This document shows positions 8,899 through 16,382 of a stretch of 64,000 nucleotides of DNA, piece after piece. The notes beneath the pieces are model-generated. The model saw only the letters and a program-made list of their open reading frames with translations. It did no database searches and was not told where the DNA came from. Every line of letters starts with the position of its first letter. Position 1 is the stretch's first letter. This stretch comes from Gemmatimonadota bacterium (GTDB lineage: Bacteria; Gemmatimonadota; Gemmatimonadetes; Longimicrobiales; Gaopeijiaceae): positions 26,831-90,830 of the forward strand of contig VXOC01000310.1 in NCBI GenBank assembly GCA_009840215.1. The letters run 5' to 3'. The position numbers and the translations under genes were made by a program.

Positions 8899-10329
8899 TC
8901 AGGTCGGATTACGCCTGTGGGCTCCAATCGACGGCGCTACCGCCTTGAGGGTGTGGACGAGCGTGTCGATGTCGCGCTCGCTCGTTCGCCCGTTGGTTAT
9001 GCAGGCTCGCAGCACTGCTTTGCCCTCCAAGACTGCGGTTGACACCCAGAACCGGCCGTCCCTGCGAACGGCATCGACGTAGCTCGGAACGGCCTCATGG
9101 CCCTCGGGCGGCACGAGACATGCGACCGCCATGGGGGAGTCGTTCGCGAGCGACCAACCGTCGCGCTGCAACCGCCGCGCGAGTCTGTCCGCCAGTCGAA
9201 TGGCGCGCTCGACGTGGCCGGCGTATCCCGTCCAACCCGCTGCCGCGAGTGCAAGGAACAGTCGCAGGCCGACGAACCGGCGCGACCACTGGCTCGAGTT
9301 GACGAAGAAGTCCTTGGCCGTGTCGCTCGTGGGCATGTAGCTGGCGTTCACCCGGAAGACCTGAGCGGCCACATCCGGTCTGGAGGTCAGGAACATGCCG
9401 GCGCCCATGGTCGTTGCAAACCACTTGTGGGCGTCGATCGTGATCGAGTCCGCCCGCTCGATGCCCTTGAGAGCACCGCCGGTATCGCTGGCAATCAGCG
9501 CACCACCCCATGCCGCGTCGACGTGGAACCACATGCCGTGCTCCCTGGCCAGTTCGCCGCAACGGGTCAACGGATCGACCATGCCCGCGTTGGTGGTACC
9601 CGCCGTCGCCGCGATCATGACAGGCATGCGGCCGCTGGAGATGTCAGTTGCAATCGCTTCGGCCAAGGCATCGGGGTCCATGCGTCCTCGCCCGTCGGTC
9701 TGGATCAGCCGGACCGCGTTGCGCCCGATGCCCCCGGCGTGAGCGATCTTCAGCCAAGCCAAATGGCTCTCCTCCGACACATAGACGCGCGGCGCACGGG
9801 CGAATGCACACACGCCGTCATCACCATACGCCGGACATGCGGCCTGAAGAGCGCAGAGCACTGCCGTGAGGTTCGCCTCCGATCCACCGCTGGTGAAGTG
9901 CCCGCCCGACCCATCCGGCATGCCGACCCTGCGCGCCACTTCCCGGATCACGTGCAGCTCGATCTCCACCGCCGCTGGCGCATGCGAGTGCACGCAGACC
10001 TGGGGGTTGAACGAGGAGGCGATCCGGTCGGCGCACTCGGAAGCGAACGTCGGCGCAGGGTTGAACAAGCCAAAATAGCCCGGATGCGTCACCTGTACCG
10101 TGCCCGTCTCCAGACCGTCGATCACCCATTCCGTCAAGCCCGCCAGCTCTCTGGGCCGGTCGAATCTCATGTTTCGCAGCTCCCGCAGCCATTCGCCGGA
10201 CGGACCAGCGGGTACTACGTCGCGCGACGGCATGAGACGCCGCGACGCCCCGAGGCGTTCAGTGAGCGCGTGGTCCGCCGCCGTCAGGGAATCATGGTCG
10301 GGAAACAGCGAATAGTGCGGATCGGTCAT
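8899..10329 (-). CDS. pyridoxal-phosphate-dependent decarboxylase (group II, aspartate aminotransferase fold)
   Basis: Start set at the internal ATG (MTDPHYSLF...) of ORF 8899..10800. Motifs: HFTSGGSEANL, WFHVDAAWGG and the PLP lysine motif SITIDAHKW. Confidence 0.85.
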   Translation of the reverse strand: MTDPHYSLFPDHDSLTAADHALTERLGASRRLMPSRDVVPAGPSGEWLRELRNMRFDRPRELAGLTEWVIDGLETGTVQVTHPGYFGLFNPAPTFASECADRIASSFNPQVCVHSHAPAAVEIELHVIREVARRVGMPDGSGGHFTSGGSEANLTAVLCALQAACPAYGDDGVCAFARAPRVYVSEESHLAWLKIAHAGGIGRNAVRLIQTDGRGRMDPDALAEAIATDISSGRMPVMIAATAGTTNAGMVDPLTRCGELAREHGMWFHVDAAWGGALIASDTGGALKGIERADSITIDAHKWFATTMGAGMFLTSRPDVAAQVFRVNASYMPTSDTAKDFFVNSSQWSRRFVGLRLFLALAAAGWTGYAGHVERAIRLADRLARRLQRDGWSLANDSPMAVACLVPPEGHEAVPSYVDAVRRDGRFWVSTAVLEGKAVLRACITNGRTSERDIDTLVHTLKAVAPSIGAHRRNPT

Positions 10330-11183
10330 GGGACGGCTTGGCCGCTGGCAGATTGCCGACTCGCCTCCCACGCCAGCATACAGCGTTTCCGCGTGGCGCC
10401 CCCGGCGTAGTTGCCCGTGATCCCGCCCGCGCGGATCACGCGATGGCACGGAATGAGGAAGGCGATCGGGTTGCTGCCAACCGCGCTCCCCGTCGCCCGA
10501 GCCGCCTTCGCGCTGCAGACCTCTTCTGCCAGGCGACCGTAAGTGACGACGCGCCCCGGAGGCACCCGCAACAAGGCGCGCCAGACGGCCAGTTGGAAGT
10601 TGGTCCCGCGCACATGGACGGTCAGCGGGGGACTCTCGGCTCCGAAGGGCGCCGAGAAGATGGACCGCGCCAGTGCTGTTGCCGTCGATTCGTCGCCTTC
10701 CAGCGATGCCCGCCCCCAGGCCCGGCAAAGAGCCTCCTTCTCGGCGGAAACATCCCCGTCGGCCACAAACCCGACCCGGCAGACACCGCGCTCGGTCCAA
10801 GCGACGAAGACAGGCCCAAACGGTGATTCCCCGGTGCCGAAGCGGATCGTCAGCCCCGCACCCCTGCTCCGATACTCGCCCGGCGTGACGGCCTCCACGG
10901 TTACGAAGTGATCGTGCAGCCTGCCCGGGCCAGAGAGCCCGCTACCATGGGCCGTCGCGAGCACGGACTCTGAGCTGTCGAGTAGCTTCTTCGCGTGCTG
11001 AACGGTAAGGAATTCGAGAAAGCGCTTTGGCGTGACGCCGGCCCAGCGCGAGAACAGCCGATGCAGATGGCTTTGGCTCAGACCGATATGCGCCGCCAAT
11101 TCCGCGAGTTCCGGCTGGCGCTTGCGATGCCTGGCCAGATAGCGAATGGCCGCCTCGATTCGGTCGTAGTCGGTCGTGTTCAT
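10326..11183 (-). CDS. AraC-type HTH fused to methylated-DNA-protein-cysteine methyltransferase (Ada/AdaA-Ogt-like, no N-terminal Zn domain)
   Basis: N-terminal AraC HTH (LAAHIGLSQSHLHRLFSRWAGVTPKRFL). C-terminal MGMT domain with the active site IPCHRV. The stop overlaps the decarboxylase ATG (ATGA). Confidence 0.85.
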   Translation of the reverse strand: MNTTDYDRIEAAIRYLARHRKRQPELAELAAHIGLSQSHLHRLFSRWAGVTPKRFLEFLTVQHAKKLLDSSESVLATAHGSGLSGPGRLHDHFVTVEAVTPGEYRSRGAGLTIRFGTGESPFGPVFVAWTERGVCRVGFVADGDVSAEKEALCRAWGRASLEGDESTATALARSIFSAPFGAESPPLTVHVRGTNFQLAVWRALLRVPPGRVVTYGRLAEEVCSAKAARATGSAVGSNPIAFLIPCHRVIRAGGITGNYAGGATRKRCMLAWEASRQSASGQAVP

Positions 11184-11224
11184 ACGGAACTCCGGAGAAT
11201 GATCGTGGATGGGGACTCCGTAAC

Positions 11225-11575
11225 GTGAACACTCCTGATGCTGAAATCGACCCGATCCTTACTATGCGATGTCGACGCGAGAGGCACTCGAAGGATCCGT
11301 TCGCGTGCATGAGCCGCTCGCTTGCGCGCGACTGGTGGAAGCGGGCTGAGAGGTTCGCTGGGCTGGAGCCCAAGCGCGGCCGCGGCTGGCACTCGCTCAG
11401 GCGGACATTCGCCAGCGACCTCATGGACCTGCCGCTCAAGGTGCTCTGCGATCTGGGCGGCTGGAAGACGGCCGAGACGGTCCTCCAGTGCTACCAGAGA
11501 CCCGACGAGGACCGGCTGCGGAAAGCCATCGAGGAGTACCGAGGGGTTGATTGCGCGTCCAACTGGCGAGCATAA
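11225..11575 (+). pseudogene. tyrosine recombinase/integrase, C-terminal fragment only
   Basis: ..GRGWHSLRRTFASDLMDLPLKVLCDLGGWKTAETVLQCYQRP.. carries the HxLR box and the catalytic Tyr region. Only about 110 codons remain and there is no room for the N-terminal 250-300 aa. It lies adjacent to the tRNA-Pro 3-prime end. Confidence 0.7.
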
Positions 11576-11607
11576 TTGGCGAGCATCGAACCCCCCAAAT
11601 CCCGTAA

Positions 11608-11655
11608 CTCCAATCGGGGCGGCCGGATTCGAACCGGCGACCTCCTGCTCCCAAA
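11608..11655. repeat. att-type direct repeat (copy inside the intact tRNA-Pro)
   Basis: Identical 48 nt to 7632-7679. Confidence 0.9.
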
Positions 11656-11687
11656 GCAGGCGCGCTACCGGGCTGCGCCACGCCCCG
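11614..11687 (-). tRNA. tRNA-Pro (anticodon UGG)
   Basis: Minus-strand read: CGGGGCGTGGCGCAGCCCGGTAGCGCGCCTGCTTTGGGAGCAGGAGGTCGCCGGTTCGAATCCGGCCGCCCCGA. It folds as a 74-nt cloverleaf with anticodon loop TTTGGGA. CCA is not encoded. Confidence 0.92.
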
Positions 11688-11818
11688 AGATCCCGGTCGC
11701 CCGAAGCAGAATCGCACGGGCACCCCACCGAGAATCTCACCACCTCGCCCAGGTGGTATCTTTCATCAGAAGATCGCCCTTTCGACCCTAACGCGGTAGG
11801 CTGAGGTAAGGAGGACCC

Positions 11819-13280
11819 TTGGACCAGAAGCGACCCACAGCCACCACGTCTCCCAGGCCTTCGCGCACCCTTCCACCGCGCCCCACCCTGCCGTGGACCC
11901 TTTCGGCCCTCCTCCTCCTGACCACCACCTCCCCACTCGCAGCCCGGCAGGAACCGGACACCCTCCAACCCCGGTCTGTTATACACCTCTCCGAGCCCCC
12001 GGGAAGTATGGGGGTGGGGGTTTGCGACCACCACCTCCCCACTCGCAGCCCGGCAGGAACCGGACACCCTCCAACCCACACCCCCACCCCCCGGCTCGTC
12101 CCTCTCCGTCTACCTCCTCACCGTCGAACCGGGCGACGCCATCTGGGAACTCTTCGGCCACAACGCCCTCCTGGTGCGCGACGCCGACACCGGATACGAA
12201 GAGGCCTTCAACTACGGCATCTTCGACCTGAGCGCGGCCGGATTCTACACGCAATTCATGAAGGGGCTGATGATGTACCGGGTCGAGGCCCAATCGCCCC
12301 CGGGTCTGCTCGCCTTATACCGCGACCGGAACCGCAGGGTCTGGGCACAGGAACTCGACCTGGAACCGGCCCGCAAGGCCCGCCTCCTCCAGATTCTCCA
12401 GACCGATGTCCTGCCCGAAAACCACATCTACCGGTACGACTACTACCGCAACAACTGCTCCACCAAGCTCCGCGACGCCCTCGACACCGTACTGGACGGG
12501 CAGTTGCGGGCGGCCACCGCCGGGGCTCCGACCAACTCGACCTGGCGGCAGGACACCCGGCGTCTGACCTCGACCGACGCGGTCGGCTATCTCGCGATCA
12601 ACCTGGCCCTCGGTCCCAAGGGAGACGAGCCGACCGACCGCTGGGATGAGATGTGGATTCCGATGAAGCTGCGCGACACGGCCGGGGCCCTCCTCGTGAC
12701 CCGCGCCGACGGGACGCGTACCCCACTGGTCCGCTCGGAGGAACTCTGGGTCGATTCGACCCGGGAATACGAACCTGTCACGGCGCCCTCCTTCGACCTG
12801 CTCTTCCTCCTGTCGGGGCTCGTCGCCGGGCTGATCCTCTCGTTCCTCGGGTACCGTTCCGCTGCCGGTTCGAGGCTGGGGCGACTGGGGCTGGGTCTGC
12901 TGGCCTCGATATGGGGACTGTTCTGCTTCGTGGCCGGTGCGGCGTTCATCGGCGTTCACTGGACGGACCACGTCTTCATCTACTGGAACCAGAACGTTCT
13001 GCTCTTCAGTCCACTCGGACTCGGTGTCGCGGCGGGCGTCGTGCGGATGCTCAGGAATGGTCGCACGAGCATCTGGGGACGGCGATTCGTCCTGGGGGCG
13101 CTGGCGCTGGCTGTCGTGGCGCTGGTCATCAACCTGATTCCGGCGACATCCACGGGGAACCGGCAATTCATCGCATTTGCGCTGCCGGTCCACCTTTCAC
13201 TCTGCTGGGTGATGCTGGGCATTCACCGGATGGACCACGCCCTGGTCTACGGTGACTCGGTCTCGGCGCGCGGCAGGTAG
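11819..13280 (+). pseudogene. DUF4105-domain membrane protein, reading frame broken by a 106-bp duplication/insertion
   Basis: AAGGAGG plus TTG at 11819 opens a signal-peptide N-terminus (..LPWTLSALLLLTTTSPLAARQEPDTLQP). The conserved body (SVYLLTVEPGDAIWELFGHNALLVRDADTGYEEAFNYGIF...) is in another frame, reached only through the second repeat copy. Removing 106 nt gives one 452-codon frame. The largest intact ORF as given is 12174..13280. Confidence 0.7.
11920..12077 (+). repeat. 52-nt perfect direct repeat (11920-11971 and 12026-12077) around a 54-nt spacer
   Basis: gaccaccacctccccactcgcagcccggcaggaaccggacaccctccaaccc occurs twice. The period is 106 nt, which is not a multiple of 3. Confidence 0.9.
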
Positions 13281-13343
13281 CCGGTCTACGGCGTAGCGGA
13301 TCCGGACGCCGCCCGCTTGCCGGGGCGTCCCTTCCGGCGACGG

Positions 13344-13973
13344 CTACGACCGGCCCGCCAGAAACTCCGCAAAAGCCCGAAACGCGCGCCCACGGTGACT
13401 GCGGGCGTTTTTTTCCACCTCGGAGATCTCGGCGAAGGTGCGCTGCAACTCGTCATCCTGGAAGATGGGATCGTAGCCGAAGCCGCCGGTTCCACGTCCC
13501 TCGCGGAGGATTCGCCCCGGTGCCTCGCCCCGGAAGTGCGCGGTCTCGCCGCTGACCGGGTCGATGAAGCTGGCCACGCACACGTACCTCGCCCCGCGCT
13601 CCCGCGCCGGCACATGGTCGAGACGCTCGAGCAGGTACCTGTTGTTCGCCTCGTCTCTCGAGAGATCCGGATAGCGGCCGGGGGGCGCGAACCGCTTGGT
13701 CCGAACACCGGGTCGCCCGCCGAGCGCATCCACTTCGATGCCGGAGTCGTCGGCGACGGTGGGAAGGCCGGAGAGTCGTGCGAAATAGCGTGCCTTGGAG
13801 GCGGCATTCTCCTCGAAGGTGTCGAACGGCTCCAGCGATTCCTCCACGGGGGAGTACGGAATCGCGACATCATCGAGGGTGGCGAGCCTGAAATCCCCCC
13901 TTCGGCCATCCCCCAGTATCCGGGCGACTTCCCGGGCCTTGTGGGCGCTCCGGGTGGCCAGCAGAAGCTTCAC
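13344..13973 (-). CDS. rdgB: RdgB/HAM1 non-canonical purine NTP pyrophosphatase
   Basis: MKLLLATRSAHKAREV..., ..TVADDSGIEVDALGGRPGV.., ..GFGYDPIF.., ..KNARSHRGRA.. These are classic HAM1 motifs. Confidence 0.9.
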   Translation of the reverse strand: MKLLLATRSAHKAREVARILGDGRRGDFRLATLDDVAIPYSPVEESLEPFDTFEENAASKARYFARLSGLPTVADDSGIEVDALGGRPGVRTKRFAPPGRYPDLSRDEANNRYLLERLDHVPARERGARYVCVASFIDPVSGETAHFRGEAPGRILREGRGTGGFGYDPIFQDDELQRTFAEISEVEKNARSHRGRAFRAFAEFLAGRS

Positions 13974-14458
13974 CGCCCCTCGCGGATTCGGCGCACAAGC
14001 GCACTCGTGGAGAACCCCGGAACGAGCGGCATGATCACCACCCGTCCCCCGCCACCCCGCACCACCTCCGCACCGGCCAACTCTTCCTGCAAGTAGTCAC
14101 CGCCCTTCACCAGCACGTCCGGCCGCACCTCGGCGATCAATCGCTCGGGCGTCTCCTCGTCGAAGAGCGTCACCCAGTCGACGCACCCCAGCGCGGCCAC
14201 CATCCCCGCGCGCGCATCCTGGTCCACGAACGGTCGCCCCTCGCCCTTCCCCAGCCCCCGCACCGATCGATCGGTGTTCACCGCCACCAACAGCGCATCA
14301 CCCAGCCCCCGCGCCCGCTCCAGACAGTCGACATGACCCGGATGCAGCAGGTCGAAGCACCCATTCGTGAAGACCAGGCGGAACGATCGCCCCGGGCCCA
14401 GCCGCTCCACCACCTCGGCCCGGTCGATGATCTTCTCCCGTGCGGCACGCGCCTTCAC
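13970..14458 (-). CDS. hldC: D-glycero-beta-D-manno-heptose 1-phosphate adenylyltransferase (RfaE domain II)
   Basis: GTG start. The cytidylyltransferase motif is FTNGCFDLLHPGHV. 162 aa. It overlaps the rdgB start by 4 nt. Confidence 0.9.
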   Translation of the reverse strand: MKARAAREKIIDRAEVVERLGPGRSFRLVFTNGCFDLLHPGHVDCLERARGLGDALLVAVNTDRSVRGLGKGEGRPFVDQDARAGMVAALGCVDWVTLFDEETPERLIAEVRPDVLVKGGDYLQEELAGAEVVRGGGGRVVIMPLVPGFSTSALVRRIREGR

Positions 14459-14540
14459 GAGCGCCCTGCCCCTTCGAGATCAGCCGGCGCCCCGGCCGCC
14501 GGAACCGTCATTCCCCCGTCTCCCGCTTGTGAATCTCGTC

Positions 14541-14585
14541 ACAATGTAAACTGGACATGACAAATTGTAATGCTGGCATTACATC
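14541..14585 (-). promoter_or_regulatory. 45-nt AT-rich promoter/operator-like module (copy 1), facing hldC-rdgB
   Basis: Minus-strand read: gaTGTAATGccagCATTACAatTTGTCATGTCCAGTTTACAttgt. It aligns without gaps with the copies at 29378-29422 (+) and 36335-36379 (-). Confidence 0.45.
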
Positions 14586-14718
14586 CCGGACAACCCTGAG
14601 CGATCCCACGCCGCTGAATCCCCGCTCCATCGTCTCACCGGAATCCTCGCCCTATGTGCGGGTCAAGTTGTCCCGCTTCACCTGATTTGGCTCGCTTGCG
14701 GGTCCTTCGTCCAACGCG

Positions 14719-16194
14719 TCAGAACCGGTATGCCACGCTCACGATCGGGCGGATCTCCGCTCCGTCCTCCAGGTAATACGCGAGGCCGGCCTCGCCGACG
14801 ATCGCCCCCTGGAAGTACCGCAGCGCAGCAGTCGCGATGTTGGTTCCGTCCTCGAAACCGACCCGCCTGTACTCTCCCGCGAGCCCCAGCCGCGGCATCA
14901 CAAGGATGTCGCCGCCCAGCGAGGCCACGCCGGCCTGGTCGGTGAGGGTTGCGCCAAGGATGGTGCCCGAGACGCCGAGCATGCCCCCGGCGGCGTGCAC
15001 CCGAAGGCCGTTGGGCGCCTCAATCGAGACGGCGACCGAGCCGCCGTAGTAGGTCAGGGTCTCGTTGGCGAGAAACATGCCGGCGAATCCCGCGACCGCA
15101 ACCGAAACCCGTTCGTCGACGTAAGCGCGGTACTTGGGCGCGAAGTAGGGAAAGGGGTCGGAGCCGCCGGCCCCCACGTTGTAGTAGACAAACCCGGTAC
15201 CCGCCGTGACGGTCAGATCATCCGTCACGCCGTAGGACACCTGGGCTATGCCGGGCACCACATCGCCGATTGCTCCGACCTGCGCCAGGGGGCTGGCCCC
15301 CATGTATCCCGCGCTCGCCTGACTCCGGTCCCGTCGAAGGGTGTATCCCGTCGGCTCGATGAATCCCGTCAGGAGCCGTGGGGGCAGTGGGTCGAGTTCG
15401 CGGGCCCGGGCGGCATCGGGCATGGGCGGACCGGCCTCTTCGGCGGCCGATGGGCCGGTCGGTTCCCGCGGGAGTTGGGGAGCATCGGGCTGCTCAATGC
15501 CGGGCCGGGCCAGGTCGCGCGCCGCCTGGACCGAACCCGAGGCCACCCGAATGCTCTGCGCTACGAACAGGCCGGCCGGATCGCGTGCCGCCACGACCAC
15601 CATGGCCGTTCCCGCACCTGTTTGCGTGATGGTTACGATGTCGCCGGAAACCGCGACAGTGGCTACGGCCTCGTTGGACGTCGTCGCCGAAAAGCTCACG
15701 GCCTCCCCTTCCGGGTCGCTGAAGTAGGAGGACACGCTGATCGATATCCACTGACCCGGAGCCAGGGACTGGCCCGGTATCGTCCCGACGGGCTCCGGTG
15801 CCCGGTTGGGCGCTTCGATCGTGACTTCGGTCCGCTGGGTGGCTGAAAGACCGCCCGGGTCGCTGGCGAATACGGCTACGACGGCGGTCCCGGGAGCCAC
15901 GCCCGCGATCGTCAGGATGTTGGCCGATACGGAAACCGTGGCGACCGCGGCGTCCGAGACGGTGGCCGCGTACGCCAGAGCGTCCCCGTCGGCGTCCGTG
16001 AAGTACGGCGTCAGGTCGAAGCTCTCCGACTGGCCGGCTGCGATTGCCCGGGCGGGAATGGTGCCGACCGGCTCGGGCGCGCGCTCCTGGGCTGCCGCCG
16101 GCGCCCACGGCCAGGCGGCCGATAGTACGACGACGGCCGCAGTGCGAATCCCTCCTGCGAAACGGGCGCTACGGAGTGCGGGTGCTTCCTTCAT
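14719..16194 (-). CDS. outer-membrane protein: signal peptide, two Ig-like repeats, Pro-rich linker, C-terminal beta-barrel
   Basis: Two roughly 95-aa internal repeats both begin APEPVGTIP... and contain ..YF(T/S)D(A/P)(D/E)G(D/E)A... Gly/Tyr-rich amphipathic strands end in ..VSVAYRF, with a terminal aromatic residue. Confidence 0.75.
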   Translation of the reverse strand: MKEAPALRSARFAGGIRTAAVVVLSAAWPWAPAAAQERAPEPVGTIPARAIAAGQSESFDLTPYFTDADGDALAYAATVSDAAVATVSVSANILTIAGVAPGTAVVAVFASDPGGLSATQRTEVTIEAPNRAPEPVGTIPGQSLAPGQWISISVSSYFSDPEGEAVSFSATTSNEAVATVAVSGDIVTITQTGAGTAMVVVAARDPAGLFVAQSIRVASGSVQAARDLARPGIEQPDAPQLPREPTGPSAAEEAGPPMPDAARARELDPLPPRLLTGFIEPTGYTLRRDRSQASAGYMGASPLAQVGAIGDVVPGIAQVSYGVTDDLTVTAGTGFVYYNVGAGGSDPFPYFAPKYRAYVDERVSVAVAGFAGMFLANETLTYYGGSVAVSIEAPNGLRVHAAGGMLGVSGTILGATLTDQAGVASLGGDILVMPRLGLAGEYRRVGFEDGTNIATAALRYFQGAIVGEAGLAYYLEDGAEIRPIVSVAYRF

Positions 16195-16285
16195 GGTGTC
16201 TTCCTCCCGATTGACCCCCGGCGTCGTGCCTGGCCGCGACCTGTTGGTCGTTGGGGATTTGTCCGATGTACCCCCGTGATGCTCA

Positions 16286-16313
16286 CGTCACGGAGCGTGA
16301 AGCTCGCGTGACG
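16286..16313 (-). terminator. possible hairpin terminator after the Mrp cluster
   Basis: cgtcacggagc / gctc(g)cgtgacg forms an 11-bp stem with one bulge and a 5-nt loop, about 70 nt past the last mrp stop. There is no U-tract. Confidence 0.3.
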
Positions 16314-16382
16314 CTATCGGGCTCGCAAGGACAGAATGATCGCACAAACGTCGCAGACGGTGTTTTGGGGGATCGTATTCGG

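Larger units (their letters stand above)
7632..11655. mobile_element. decayed tRNA-Pro-integrated genomic island (about 4 kb)
   Basis: Bounded by perfect 48-nt direct repeats, one of which lies inside an intact tRNA-Pro. A tyrosine-integrase fragment sits next to the tRNA. Cargo is brnTA, a PLP decarboxylase and an AraC-MGMT regulator. Confidence 0.7.

Noticed and set aside
13304-13330. Possible bidirectional terminator hairpin (ggacgcc ... ggcgtcc) between the convergent DUF4105 and rdgB genes.
   Set aside because: It has only a 7-bp stem with a 13-nt loop and no U-tract, which is too weak to call.
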